Shown here: piece after piece, positions 40,043 to 54,952 of the stretch | Layout: each line of letters starts with the position of its first letter | Numbering within the stretch: position 1 is the first letter of the stretch | Source of the DNA: the human T2T-CHM13v2.0 reference genome, Homo sapiens | Assembly: GCF_009914755.1 (NCBI RefSeq) | Contig: NC_060925.1 | DNA: 64,000 nt | Direction: 5' to 3' (one strand) | The notes under the pieces: model-generated | The model's database searches: none | What the model saw: only the letters and a program-made list of their open reading frames with translations | What the model was told of the DNA's origin: nothing | Program-made: the position numbers and the translations under genes

Positions 40043-40649
40043 TTGTGTCCGAGTACACATTCAACCAGCAAACTCCAATTTGGCTTCATAGCGGGTTTGT
40101 GACACAACTCAGAACTCTGAGTGATGGGACTCAGACTTCAGGATACACACACACTTTGGGTCAATGCCAGAGGTGGCAACAAGTCTGCTGGTGCCCTAGG
40201 AGTTCACACTTTTCCTTTTGTGCAGTTGTGGAAGTGGAGGGGGAATAGCCTTGAGCTCCAACTTCCAGCCTACTACCTTTGGGGATAATGCTGAGAAGCA
40301 AAATATGTTAAATCCTTTTAAAATAATGCTTTCCATTCCTAAAGTCTGTTCCTCTTCCAGAATCATTCTAAGGAGTTTGGAAATAACCGGGCAACCAATG
40401 GATTTCTTTTCAATGACTATGGCATTGAAGAGACTGACTTAAGGCAATTTCCATAAGTGTACACTTCAACAGTATATACACACACAGGCACATGTATACA
40501 CAAATATACACATGACTATACAAATTTACTTACATAGAATGTAATCATACCTAGAAAAAAAGTAGGATGGAGTGGGGAGGGTGGATTTAGTTTTCCTTAC
40601 TTTTGAAATTCAGTAACTCCACAAGTAGACTCAAAATATCACTTAGTTT

Positions 40650-40897
40650 AAAAAATTTTATTTGACAAAAATGATATATATTTACCATGTATATGTTGTT
40701 TTGAAATATGTGTACGTTGTAGAATGGCTAAATTGAGCTAATTATCATGCATTACCTCACATACTTTTTTTGGTGTGTGTGGTGAGAACATCTAAAATCT
40801 ATTAGCAATTTTCATGAAAACAATACATTCTTGAAAATTGCTAACAACAGTCACCATGTGATACAATAGGTCTCTTGAACTTATTCTTCCTAACTGA
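40650..40897 (-). mobile_element. L1MA 3'-end fragment
   Basis: TTGAAATATGTGTACGTTGTAGAATGGCTAAATTGAGCTAATTA...GTGGTGAGAACA...CTCTTGAACTTATTC. Probable TSD TCACTTAG(T/C)TT at 40639 and 40902. Confidence 0.8.
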
Positions 40898-41699
40898 CCA
40901 GTCACTTAGCTTTTTAACAGTCATTTTCATGTGCCCTTACCAACTTATCTGCTATATCCGTGTAACCAGGCCAGCAGACACTATCCCAGCCTTGTAGCAG
41001 CAAATGACCCAGTTGCCTGTGGCTTCATGGAATAGTCGGTAAAATCCAATCCATACTTCACGGTATGAAATGCTCAGACTCTCTCCCTAGCGGAGCTAGT
41101 GGAAGACGCTCAGCAGCCTTAGCATAGGAATCTGTAGGTACAAGCACATTCCTGGACGGCGACTTTGAATCCAGGCCAAGAAAAGAGAGGTACACCAATA
41201 TTGGGATTCTGTATTTTGGGGGTCTAATTGGTGAGTACAGAACAAAGGAGTGGAGAGGAAGGCAAAATAACCTAAGTAATAGAAAATCCAGCCATAGACT
41301 GCAGTGGAAATTAATGGCACGAGAAGCCTTGGGGGCAAAGGTAAGGGGTCGCAGTTGAATGCCACCCGAACTCATCCAGATGCCGCTGCGTTCAAGCTCT
41401 CCCAGCACCCGCGGCCGAAGTAAATAACAATTCTCTTAATGCTAAGGCAGCAAGGAGAGGGCACTGCGAACTGCAGACTTTTCTTCTAAGGATGAAGAGG
41501 ACATTATAAAACTGCACACTACCTCCCTAATGGCCCATTCGTCCTAGCTCTGTCTAGTGAAGTAGAGAGCAGAAAAAAACATCTAGCTCTATCAAGTTGA
41601 AAACATTTTCACATTCACCTTAAACTGGTGAAGCAAACGGGTTTTCCCTTTACTAACATCGCTCTTGTTTTTCCATTTAGTCTTTGGGAACGTAGCCTC

Positions 41700-43880
41700 A
41701 ATCTTAACCGCGTATGATCGTTTCCACTGCACCTGTGCGGGAGAGACAGGCGCATATCCCCGTGGCGTCGGATCTCTAAATTATCTAATCTGGCGGCTGC
41801 GTACGACTCAGGGAAAGCCCTGGCCGCGAGCTTTTTCACCAGGCTTGAGCTCAGCAGCCGGGCCCGCAGTGTTGCCGCCAGTGGGGAGGCAGGGAGGCTG
41901 TCGGCGCGCCGGAGCCAGGCGGGAAAGGGACTACAGCCGCCCGCCGTTGTAGCGCAGGAAGCGGGCGGTGCCAACACACACTTCGCAGCTCTGCACGTTC
42001 TTCGTGTCTTGGAGGAGAGTAGAGCCTCCGTGTGAAGCTCCGTCCGCACCTGACGAAGAGGAGGGCGTCTTGCGCCACTCCAGCGACTCTGCGATGTTAA
42101 GACGCAGACCCGCTGCTGCGCCTGCCTTTGTCGGGGCGGGCGGGCAGCCGCCGCTCGGAGCAAGGTGGGGCTGCGGGGAGGGAGAGCCGCGGGGCAGATC
42201 CCTGGCCAAGGTCCTCTAGAAAGCCCGCTCTGCGCCCAAACGCGCCGCTCGGTCCGTGGGCCACTTCGGACCTGACGCTGCCGGTGAATTCACGCGCTCC
42301 GGGACGCGCGGGGACCTTTGACGAGGTTTTTGAACTGGGGATCGTCCCCTGTAACCTGGCCGCGTTACCTCCCCAGGTGAGCCGGACTCGCGGGTGGGTT
42401 CGGCAGCCGGCGATGTGGCAAAAAGGCAACCTCGCCTTATTTCTAGGGGCTTGGAGATGAAGAGCGGCTGAGTGTCCCCGTCTACCCCAACCCGGGTATT
42501 ACCCTCTTTTCCGTCTTCTAGAAGGGGAAAACCATGCTGTTTTGAATTCAACATATTTAGATTCTGAAAATCGACGGCCCTTCCCTTCTTTCCTAGGAAG
42601 GCCTGCCCCGTAGGCACAACCTTCGGAGAAACGGGCGGCGCGTGAGTTCCCTGGAGCCGCCTCCTGGGCATCCAGGCTCCTGTCGCACGGCTGGTGCGGC
42701 GCCCACTGGGCGTGGGGACTGGGCCCAAGGCTCCCGGGACCGGGTCGTGGTTAACGCCGAGGCCAAGCCCTTCGAAGAACTCTGAGTTCTCTGCCTGACG
42801 TTTTGTCCCTCAGGAAGTGTCCCTTCCCGACTTTTGAGGGTGTCTTGTTCTTTGACGGGGTGGCCCTGTGGGGGAGGAAGGAGAAGTGTTCCTCCACTGC
42901 TGTTCTGTGGAGCGGGACCTGGCTTTGTTCGGCCTCCCTGCTCTCGGGAGCCTGTACTCCGGCTCGCACGCCTGACTGCTGGCCCTGGCCGCTGCTCGGG
43001 CCCCGCGCAGGCACACGGGACAAGGCGAAGCCCCGACGCCCAGAGGGCGCTTGGGCCCAGCACACCCGCGCACAGCCCAGGAAACGGGAAAGGCCACTGT
43101 CTGCTTCCCTTTCGCAGATTCTATCCGCTGGCACGCGAAGGTCACACGGGCTCTCAATGCTAATTTGGAATGGGAAGCACCACGAAGGGTTGAGGTAGCC
43201 TGGTGGCCCTGACTGCGCAGGGTGCGGACAGTGAGCCCGTATCCAGCTTCGCTGCCACGCGCCTAGCAGCCCGGCGGCCCCGGCCCGGCCCAAGGAGGAG
43301 GCAGGCCGCCTGGGTCGGCTTCCGTGGCCTGGGGGTAAGCTCTGATTCACCCCAAGGTGAGGTCCCCGGGGATGCCCAGATTCGGGCCGGGAAACGCACC
43401 GGGAGAGAACCACCAAGCGCTCTTGGTTATGAACCAGAGCTTATAACTGTGGCCGCAGCTAGACCTAGGGGAGGCCTGAGCGCCGAAGCCTCCGTTTCCT
43501 CGACCGGAATTCGTGAGCTATTAAACATGGGCCCTAGCGGGGCCCACGCCCTGTCTTCCTTTGCTGACAAGGCTCCGCGGGGTAGTGGGCGGGAGACAAG
43601 GGTCTCAGAACAGAGGGGCTGGCCCGGCGCGGCGGGCCAGGAACTCCCGGGCGTGTGTGTGCAGTGGTGCGGGGTGGGGGTGGAGGTGAGGTCTCCTTTA
43701 GTTCCTGGGATCTGGGAATCCCGGCTTCTCGATCTCATCCGGCGCGGAGATCTTAAGGGTCGGTGGACCAGTTAGTGTGTACGGCCTCACCCCTCCGCCT
43801 CCAGCTTTCGAGGCTCTCCGCTTCAGAGCTCCAAAGGAAAACTTCTGCGACTTCAAGAACGTCCTGCGCATTCACATGGG
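41700..43880. promoter_or_regulatory. Large orphan CpG island (~2.2 kb)
   Basis: Longest CpG-dense block in the window. Has GC boxes (GGGGCGGG at 42133) and no credible coding ORF. Confidence 0.85.
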
Positions 43881-46800
43881 GTCGCTTCCTGGCTGGTTGA
43901 GGAGAGTGAAAGTTCTAGTGCCTAAGCCTCCTTTTCTCTTGCCCATTTTTCTCACTCCTCAACCACAGATAAAGAAACACTACATCGTTGAAAAAAAGTA
44001 GTGAATTATCTACCAGTGAGGTAGAGGAAATTAACAGTCCCAAGACTGCCCCCAGGTGATGGTTTTCAGGAATAACATTTCTGGGCAATCTCAGGTCGCT
44101 TATTTCTCTTCGGAGCTAATTTCATCTGTGATAGAAAAGTTATTGAATCCAAAGGCTATGTTAATCCCCCCAAAAGGAAAAAATGGCCCCAGAAACCTCC
44201 TGCCCACAGACACTGAGAATTTGTTCAATTTGTCTTTCTAGCCTTACATTTGATAACTGCACTTCCAAAAATCAAACGCTCTCCTCCCCAAAAGGCAGAC
44301 ATGCTCCCACCCATCCCCTTTTCTTCTTCTTTTCCTTCTTTCTAGTTTCCTCTTTCTGAAACAATAGCGCGGGCTGCTGGAGTCAGTCTGATGATATAAT
44401 CCTTAAGGCATTCACGGGCAGACCAAGGGCCAAGCTATCAAAGGGTTCAGCTTTTTCTTCTTTTTAAAAGCTGTTTACTATTCAGGAAATTTGGTAATTA
44501 TTATTTTTTTCTTCTCCATGTAGTGGTATTACCCTCTTCCTTTTGATATTGGATCCTTTATGGGCCCCTAGCTTCATGCTCTAGAGAAAGGAGAAAGATG
44601 AAGGGACTGAATTCTGCAGCAGAATGCAATTTTCCTTAATGTCATCACTGCTGCTGAAGACCAGCTGAGGGCTTCCAAAAGAACGGGAACCCCCAGAGCA
44701 GTCAGAGAGTCCTCATGTTTCCAGGGGCAGAAGAGAGTGCTAATACCGTTTATTCTTTTACACCACAAACTTGTTTTTGTTTTTGTTTTTTTTGCATGTC
44801 ACTCCACCAAAATACTTTCAGTGCTTTTGTACTAGGATTGAAAATGCGCACCAGAAGGGGAAAGAGAAGATTAAAATCATATTTTAAAAAAGTATTTGTT
44901 TAGAATGCCACGCTGAATTTGGTGTGGGAGGGTTACTAATCAATACTAATATCCTTGGAATATTACATGTTTATCATGGTTTTTCTTGAGTTCAGTATAG
45001 TGCCTTGCTTATAACAGGCAGCATGCAACAAATAATTGTTGGTTGAATGTTTGAGAAATGTAAAGCAAAGGAGCACAAACAGGATTGGTAATTTAACTCC
45101 ATTTAGTTAAAAAATGACAAGTTTCTTGCACTAATGTGTGTCCTACAAAGCAAGACCATTTCTGCTAAATCGTGAGGCACTATGTTTAATCAGTTTAAAT
45201 TTTGTCTCCCCCACTGAACTGTAACATGAGATCAGAGACTCAATGTTAATACTTTCATTATATACAACATCTTGCATATTGCTGGGTACATTGATTAATC
45301 ATCTTAGAGTATGGTGAAGGGGAAGATTCAGCTTAAGATGGAACATGTTAAGTGGAAGTTAATGTGCAGGTATCCCCTTGGATAGTGCCAAGTATCCCTG
45401 TAGATGGGTAATAGTGGTCCAGGGGTAGGAAAATTTTTGTTCAGACTCCTCCTTTGATTGGGTCATATCTCTTCCTGCCCACATTCTCTCCAGAACTACC
45501 ACTTTTCCCTCCTGATCTTACCTTATTAGGATATGAATGCACAGAAAAGGGGATGAGTTGAGCTGCACTGTCATAAGCTGTGATGACTGGTTAGCAGTCA
45601 GTTCGTGTGGATACTAATGAGATCATCACAGAGGTTCTATCCACTGGGGCACTAGTTTGGCCTTATTCCAAGCACATCCATGACATCCTTTCCTATAAAT
45701 GTATTCTGCTTGGCCAGAGAGAATCAGGAAAGAGACAACCTTAATATATCTTCACAGAAGGTTATATTTTTTGGAAAAGGAATGCCAATCAATTGGATTT
45801 TCCCATAGGAGCCAAGGCATCATGTAGGCTTATGTGCCTGTGCCAGACTGTGTAATAAGACATAGAATATGTTTTCAAGGAGCATTCTATTTTCTCCTCT
45901 TTTGTGTTTTTCGTTGAAAATTTCCCCATCACAAACATAGGCACTGGAGATCAAGTTATGGCTTTCCAACTAGAATGACTTCTGCGTTCTTGAATTGCCA
46001 TCTAAGTAGCACCTTGCACCTAGGATGTAAAGCATAATATGGAATGCTGGCCTTCTTAGTAATGACTATTTCACCTTTTGATTATTTACTACATTTCTGC
46101 TTTAGCATGTTAAAAACCCCCTATAGCTGAATTGAATGTTGACTAAATTAGAAGGCACACAATGCTGGGTTTGATCCAAAATCCACAAAATCAGAAGTAT
46201 TTTCTATCTCAGCCATACACGCTACCTATAATGGTGAATAGCAACTGTAACTAGGCAGGGCTCTTCCTTTTGATCAGGTAAGAAATTTTAAAGAATTAAA
46301 GGATTGAAATTGTGTAGAGAGTAATGGGGCTGATGTATCTTTTAAAACCCCGGAATTTATAACAAATGAGAGTTGTTCCTCTAAGAAATTACCCTGGGAT
46401 TCTATAGCTTATAAAAATGATTGCTCAAAACATTTCTGGAATGCCTCTTTTGGAAATGACTTGAGGGATTCTGCATCATCACTTACTTCAATGCTCTTTT
46501 CTTCTTGCTGGCTAATGTGGGTGCGCTCTGGGAAATCAAAGCTGCTCATGCTGAGGAATTAACTCTAAAAGCTGGGAGTATCCAGAGCAGAATAGTATCT
46601 TTGCCTAGAAAAATGGTGTCATTTTAGTGGTATTACTGAGATGGAACACACAGCAAGCAAAATGGTGGCCTAAAGCAACTGTGGGCCAGTGGTTGCAGAC
46701 CTTGGGAACAAAGCTGCCAAAGGAAATCACAGCAGATTCCTAGAGGGATTGTGTCTACCTGGGCAGCCCCAGATATTCCGGGTTTCCTTACTTGAGAGAG

Positions 46801-48367
46801 AGCTTGTTCTAGGACAGCAGCCCTATCTGGAAGTTTCTGAGATATTCTAAGGAAGTTTTCAAGAAGAATTAGACTAGCTGTAAGTCCCTTCCTTACTCAT
46901 CTTCCCTCTCAAATACAACAACAACAAAAAAAAACAAAAATGAATGTGTTTGACTAGAATTCAGACTAGTAGGGCTAAACAGTGGAATTATGAAAGTTTA
47001 CTGATGACATAAATGATGAAAGAGCATTTGTAGTTTAAGAAATTACAGCCACATGGCCAACCACAGGTTTCTGAATGCCCCCAACATAATCTTCCAAAGT
47101 GCTGACCACGGAAAAACTCCGCACTCACGACTCAGCTCAGGCCTGCTACCTAGCTGGTGCTGGAATTGTGGGGAATCTTGTGCTCCAGCCTACACAAAAT
47201 ACTGGCAGCTGGAGGTAGAGAAATTGTCCTCTTTGCTCCTTATTGATACTTCTAGGTTGTTATCCCTTTCTTCTCCCTAATTTCCCTGCTGCCCCAGGTT
47301 TTGGAAATGATGCTATCAGTCTACAGACTCCCAAGACCACTCTCCCTCATTTCTTGAAGATTTTATTCCTGGATCATTATCATTGTCTCTAGTGCTTCTC
47401 CCAGCATAGTTTTTGTGGTTTCATGTTGAAGTAAATGATCTTATAATACCGTAGACTCTTGACCTTCTGTCTTCCAGAGATTATGTTTTCCACTCTATAT
47501 CAACAGTCATTCCTTGGGCCATATCTCGATCTTTGTCATTACCAAGAGTTGAACCCCCATAATCTTAATTTCAAGCTCTGACCAACATTGCCTCTCTTTC
47601 CAGTTCACTCCCTCAATTTGTTGACACCACCAGGACCTTCAATCAACTGATTTTTATCATCGTTCAACATCTCCACACTCCTCACATCCTCACTTCCCGC
47701 CTTGCCCTGGGTGAATGCCATGACCCTTACTCACACCCTGGCATCTGGCACATGTACTCAGGTCGTTTACCTCTTTGTCCGTTGTTTCAATCACCTGGCA
47801 AAGCCCAGCTCTAGGTTAAATCCAATTCTATCTACATTCTGTCTCCACCTACACCCACACAATGGAATGTGGTTGGAACAAAACAATCAACTGAGCTGAC
47901 TGCTCTCATTGTAAATTCATGTTCCTTAGCATCAAGAGAGCCCTTAAATGCTGCCTGGCAGTTCTACTACATTTCCCTCTTCCCTAGATGACTATTTCAC
48001 ACCTCCTACTCCTCTCTCCTTAAACTTCCAACACATCCTCCCTCATCCCAGTCCTCTGCTGAGGACCTTGATTCCTATTTCACTGATAAAATTGAAGCAA
48101 CAAGAGAACTTCTTCATGCTTTTTTTTTTTTTTTAACCACATGTAAAAATCCATCTGCTTCTGTGTCTATATATTCCTTCTCTCTTCTCTGGTCTCCCAT
48201 CCAAATCCTGTCTACATGTGAACAGGTTGGATCCCATTCCTTCATACTTACTCAAGGACATTGCTCCAGTAATTGTCCTTTCTAACTTCTCAATCATCAA
48301 AGTCACCCTCTCTACTGGATCATTCCCATCCAAATATGCAATTATTTTTCTCATTCTAAAAAGTAAC

Positions 48368-48827
48368 TGCTATGGTTTGGATGTGGTTTCTCCCCTCCTA
48401 AACTCATGTTGAAATTTAATTGCCAATGTAATGGTGTTGGGAGTTGGGGCCTTTAAGACGTGATTAAGTATTTAAGGCAGATTAATGTCTTTCTTGAAAG
48501 ACAAGAGTGTTTTTTTTTTCTTTTCTTTTTTTTGGAATGGATTAGTTTTTGCAGGAATGGATTAGCTCCTGAGAGAGAAGAGTGGGTTGTTATAAAGTGA
48601 GGTGACCTCTACTGCTTTGTCCTTTTTTCCGCAAGCCCATTTCCTCTTCCATTTCTCCACCATGTTTTGACATGACATGAATGAGACCCTCACCAAAAGC
48701 TGCCAAATGCAGCTACCCCATCATGAACTTCCCAGCTTCTAGAACTATGAGCTACATAAACCTATTTTATTTATTAATTACCCTGTCTTGGGTATTCTGT
48801 TATAGCAACAAAAAATGGACTAAGACA
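48368..48827 (+). mobile_element. MaLR solo LTR (MSTB/MSTC-like)
   Basis: TGCTATGGTTTGGATGT...GGTATTCTGTTATAGCAACAAAAAATGGACTAAGACA. Perfect TSD GTAAC at 48363 and 48828. Confidence 0.9.
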
Positions 48828-49371
48828 GTAACAAAACCCTCTTTTGATTCCAAATCACTGTCATACTATTGCATTTTTCTGCTTCCTTTTTCAGCAATAG
48901 TCCTTGAAAGGGTTGTCAAGAACATTGTCTCCAATTTTTCTCTTTCCATTCCTTTTTAAATATATTCAGGTAGACTTTTGACCCCACTATCCACCCAAAC
49001 TGCTTTAATCAAGGTCAACAGTGACCCACACATTGCTAAATCCAGTGATCCTTTTTCAGTCCTCACTGTACTTGACATAGACTAGTCTTTTTCCTGAAGA
49101 TAGCTTTTCTACTTGGCTTTCAGGGCAATCAAAACTCTACCCTGCTTTTCCTTTTGTCATCTTGTGCTTCTTTCCTCAGGCTCTTTGCTGCATAGTTTCT
49201 CATTTCTCTCTACCTCTAAACAGGATCAGTCTTTGCACATCCTCTTTTCCCTGTCCATGCTCACTCATTTAGAGATTTCATCAAGACTCCTGACTGTAAA
49301 TGCTATCTATATATTAATGACTTTGAAATTCATTAATTAATTAGCCTGGACCTCTCTCTGACTTCTACTTT

Positions 49372-49708
<337 letters not shown>

Positions 49709-50411
49709 TAGACAAGTGATCAATTAACATCTCCAAATGCCCAAAACCAAACTCCTAACCCTTCCATATCTGTTGCTCCTACAGTCTTTCCCATCTCAGT
49801 AAATGGAAAGTCTATTCTTTTAACTTCTCATGTCAAAAAGCTTTAAATTATCATTGACTTCTTTTTTTCTCTCAAATATCACAACCAATCTATCAGCAAA
49901 TATTGTCAGCTCTACCTTAAAAGGTATCCCAAATCTTACCATGCCTTACCACTTCTATCTCCATTATTCTACTCCAAGCCTTCCCTTTTGCATGGTCAAT
50001 CAAAATAGCCACCTAATTGGTCTTCCCACATCCATCTCTGACCCCTGTAGTCTATTTCTTAACATAATAGCCAACATGAACCTTTTATAACTTAAACCTA
50101 CAATGGCTCCCCAGTCCTACTTCCCTAGAGTAAAAGCCAAAATCCTTACCATGGCCTGTAAAGCCTTGACCCCCATCAACATTCTGACCTCATCTACCAC
50201 TTTCCCTCTCATTTACCTGACTCTAGCCACATTGGTCTCCTTGCTGCTCTTTAAACAAGTCAAGCATCCTTCTGCTTCAAGACCTTTGCATTTGATGTTC
50301 CCTCTGCCTGGACTGGTTTTCCCTCACGTATCACATTGCTTTCTTTCTCACTTCATTCAGTCTTCTGCTTAAATGAAACCATCCTTTGAAACTCTATTAA
50401 AACAAGCACCC

Positions 50412-50793
50412 TGTATTAGTTTGCTAGGGCTGCCATAACGAAATACCACAGACTAGTGGCTTAAACAGAAATTTATTTTCTCACAGTCGTGGAGGCTAGA
50501 ATGCTGAGATTAAGGTCTGGCAGGTTTCACTTCTTCTGAGGCCGCTTTTCTTGGCTTTGTGGATGGCCACCCTCTTGCCATGTCCTCACATGGTCTTTTC
50601 TCCTGGTGTTCGCCTGTGTGTCCTAATCCCCTCTGCTTATAAATCAAATTGGGTTAGGATATGCCCTAATGGCCTCATTTTAACTTAATCATCTCTTTAA
50701 GGGGCCCATCTTCCAAAAGAGTCACATTCTGACATCCTGGGGACTAGGATCTCAACATGTAAATTTGGGGAAAACACAATTCAGTTCATAATG
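50412..50793 (-). mobile_element. MLT1 (A/B-like) MaLR LTR
   Basis: TGTATTAGTTTGCTAGGGCTGCCATAACGAAATACCACAGACT...CACAATTCAG. Confidence 0.85.
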
Positions 50794-51298
50794 CTCCTTC
50801 TCCATTTTCTTTCTATTTCTACATAGCACTCATCACCTGGCAACCTGCCTTTCCTTGCTGGTTTATGGTCTGTATCTCTCCACTACAATGTCAATTCAAA
50901 GAGGGCAGGGATTTTTGTCTTTTTTGTTCACTGCTGTACACCCAGTGACTAGAACATTGCATGGCATATAATAAGCACTGAATAAATATTTGTAAAATGA
51001 TCTAATGGATTTACATACTTACCTGTTCCGTGAAGCCATGTGAATTTGCAACCTCTAACCTCTCTCTTATCAGGGTTGTTTTCCATCAGTAAGCATTAAT
51101 TTAGCATTTGCTCTGTGCTCAGCGTTGTGATTCATATTGGAGTAATTTGCAAAAACAAAAACACACATAAAAGCCCTCAATCTTTTTGCAACAATTTGTA
51201 TTCCAAGACACTTACAAATAAGAACACATAAGAGTTTTTAAAAAGGATAGTAATTTATGGTACAAATTTCAACTGCAAAAAAACATATAAGTTGGTAA

Positions 51299-51652
<354 letters not shown>

Positions 51653-53402
51653 AGTAATTCTTATGTATTATAGGGGTTTGTGAAGATGAAATATCGTTAT
51701 AGTTTACCAAACACTACTTCATATTAGGAAAATATTTGTAAGTTATAAGAAGAAAGACAGAGAGACCTGTGGGAGCCATATAAGCCCTCCTGTGGAAGGT
51801 TCCTGAGGCTCAAGAAGGAGTTAACTTGTCTGACAATGTCCAGGGGCCTGTTGGGCCCGGCCAGTCAATAAAAGCAGATCACAGATGTAATTCTTGTAAC
51901 ATGAGTCCTTGCTGGGTGCAACAGTGGGGCATGCTGAAGCCTTACAGAGGAGCCCCTCTCTAGCCTGCCCACACAGTTCAATTTGCTCTTAATAAAAATG
52001 CAATAAAAACCTAATTTGCCTCCAGACTGTTGAATACTTTTGATTCCAAATTATTTGGAATAGAAATCCTGACTCACAGTAATTTTGGAAAGAAGATGGA
52101 TGAAGAATTCTTAAAAGAAAAAAGAAGGGAGAAAAAGAGATAAAGTGGCTGTATCTTACCAAACTGACAGTAAAGACACTGCAAGATTTAAAAAAATGTA
52201 TGGGCCAAAGCTAAAATAATTTTTAGCAGCTATGCAGAAAGACTTTTGTGTTTCTAACAGCAGGTGGGGAAATTCAACCCTTTTTTTAAAGAGTCACATA
52301 ATTTGGGGGAAGTAGGGCAATGCTAACTGCCATGTCTTCATTATGCCAAAGAAACTATTATAGATTCACTGAAGTCCCAAGTTTGGCTAGATTTTGAATT
52401 TGCTAATTCTTCTTCATCATGTTAGCACTGTCCAAAGTATTTGGCTCCTATGCCAAAGACATTAGATTAGTTTGCTGTGTATAGTAATAATAATATTTTA
52501 TTTAGGTTTTAGATTATCTTCAGATTTCAATTATCTCGGTTGTCTCTTGTTAGTAAGAATAATGGCAAACTGTCTTTAATCTCAAATCATAATTATTTTC
52601 TTTTATGAGTTGCATCCATTGTCTCCCTTATCTTCTCTACCTTTATTATCTATCTAATCTGAAGTGTGCACAGGTTTTATACAAAACACATTAGGTACAA
52701 GAGTCTTTATTCTCACACAGTCTACTTGCCAGCCCACAACGAATACCACATTGGTCTGGTCTGGTCTAGACTAGTGTTCTGAACACTGAAGATTATAATA
52801 AGAGGTGGTGACAGCAAAGGTGGTAGTTTCCTTCTACGATATTGATGTCAGACATTTTCAGAAATAATTTGAACATTCCTAACTCATGCTTATTGGAATT
52901 TTATGACTTTCTCACTCATAAATCTAATCCATGCTCAACTGTTTTTATTTCTAGGCCATATAACCCTTTACAGGGTAATAAGTACTGTAATTTTACTACC
53001 CACTGTGAAAAATAACACCCCATTCTTGGTTTCAGTAAATCCTCATCGATTCTAAGATTCTAATATTGGTGAACTAATCTCTGTTCACCCTATCTACCAA
53101 TGTAACTTAAATTATTTCCCCTTTTAGGATTTGCATAGACCCAGATGGCCTAAAATTTTAGGCTGTTTATAAATAATCACATATAAAAACTAAAACAATC
53201 TAGGCTAAATTGTTGTGAATTAATCTGAAGAAAAAGGGAAGCAGGAAATAGCAGAAAGTCAAGACAATAATTTTGTTTTCATAACATTATTTCTCTGTAC
53301 TTCTCTCTCCAATGTAAACTCCTTCAGGATAGAAGGTGGTTTTTATTCATTTTTAGCTCTGCCCTCAACCACCTCCTGCTCCTGACCCACTTCACCCCAG
53401 CA

Positions 53403-53588
53403 CAGTGATTCTCAAACATCTGTACATCTAGATCACCTGAAGGGTTTATTAAAATTGATTACAGAGCCCTATTCCTGGAGCTTCTCATTCAGTAGGTGTG
53501 GGGTGGAGTCTGCGGATATGCGTATCTGATGAGTTCCCAGGAGACTCTGATGCTGCTTGTCTGAGAACCATACCTGGAGAACTACTCG
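53403..53588. mobile_element. MER5A (hAT-Charlie MITE)
   Basis: CAGTGATTCTCAAAC...ATTCAGTAGGTGTGGGGTGGAG...GGAGAACTACT, about 186 bp with degenerate terminal inverted repeats. Confidence 0.8.
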
Positions 53589-53689
53589 CTGCCTCAGCAT
53601 ATGGAAGGCTTTCACAAAATGTTGGTTGCATTGAATTGAAGCAACCTACTTGAAGGCAAGACATTAGACAAAGAGTCTAGTAAGATCAG

Positions 53690-54952
53690 TATATTAGTTG
53701 GGGTAGTACCTAAAGTACTGGAACCCAGAGATCCCAAGACAAAATAGCTTAAATATGATAAAAGTGATTTATCACACAACAGTCCAGAGGTAGGTGAGTA
53801 GTCCAGGGTAGAAAGGTAGCTGTGCGTGCTGAGTCCGGAAACCCAGGCTGAGGGGTTGACTCTGTCCATCTTTCCTTTGTGGTTTCCAGCAATGGGTCAA
53901 ACATGCTGTTTCAGGATGTGTGGGCAAAGAGGAACACTTTGCTTTAAAAAAGAAGTGACTTTGAAATTGCACAAATCACTTTTGCTCATATCCCATTGGC
54001 TAGAACGAATTTACAGGCCCATACCTTGCTGTAGGGGTAGGGTGGGAAATTTAGTCTCTACCTTGGGCTATGTGCTCTGCTAAAATTCAGAGTGAGGGTT
54101 CCATTACTAAAAAATGATATGGACAGGACACAGTGAAATACTGGATAGAAGAGGATGATCTCCATGCAAAGGCCCCAGCCTCAAGCCTGGATCCTGGGGC
54201 CCTAAATGAGAATAGGCATTCCTGTTTTTATGCCCCAAAAGTTGCCTTTTGGCCCGCCATGCCTCCTGTCCTGCACCCATATAAGCCATGAATCCCAGGC
54301 TCCAGGGACAGACCAGCAAGCCAGCAGACCAGATGATGGATGGTGGAACAACGTGGCAGAGAAAAAGAGAAGAGGAGGAACATCTGAATGCCAAGAGAAG
54401 TTTGGCTGGGGGCAGTCAGAAAGGAGTCCAGCTGCTGGGTGGCCCAACTCCAGAGGAAGATCACCTTCCCATTCCATCCCCTTCTTCCAGCTCCCCATCC
54501 ATCTCACTGCCACCTCCACCACTCAATAAAATCTTGCATTTATCCTCAAGCTTGCGTGTGACCTGATTCTTCCAGGACACTGGGCAAGAGCTCGGGATAA
54601 AGAAGGCTGTCACACTGGCCCTCTGCCTTTGCAAAAAGGCAGAGGGTCCACTGAGCTGATTAACACTCAAGCTGTCTGCAATGGCAAAGCTGAAAGAACT
54701 TTGTAGCACTGGGGTTGCAGGTACCCACCTCTAGATACTACTGTGGGGCCAGACCCAAAAGCGCTCTCCCTGGGCCCTGCACATGCCCATCTGTATGCTC
54801 CCCCTCTGGCTAGGGATTTGAGCAGTGAGGTGACCGAACAGGTGAGCCACAACCCTGTCACACATCCTGCGAGAGGTATCAGGGAACTCTCCCACTTCAA
54901 AAGGAGGAAAAAGAGACTGGATACTGGCGGATAGTTGGCAGTTTCTGTCACA
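53690..54952 (-). mobile_element. Old MLT1 (J-like) LTR split by a younger ERV1 LTR
   Basis: ATCACTTTTGCTCATATCCCATTGGCTAGAAC...AAATTTAGTCT, resuming after 54903 and ending GTTTCTGTCACA. Confidence 0.55.
54115..54899 (+). mobile_element. ERV1 solo LTR, LTR1 (HUERS-P2) / LTR27-28 group
   Basis: 785 bp, TG...CA termini. TGATATGGACAGG..GAAATACTGGATAGAAGAGG..AAAGGCCCC..CTCAAGCCTGG. TATA-like ATATAAG at ~54279, AATAAA at 54525, and a 4-bp TSD AAAA/AAAG. Confidence 0.8.

Noticed and set aside
41615-43775. Many overlapping 110-220 aa ORFs in the large CpG island (also at 25054-25597 and 28133-28783)
   Set aside because: They are Arg/Pro/Gly/Ala-rich, occur on both strands and show no domain similarity. 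This is expected from stop-codon scarcity in GC-rich DNA.
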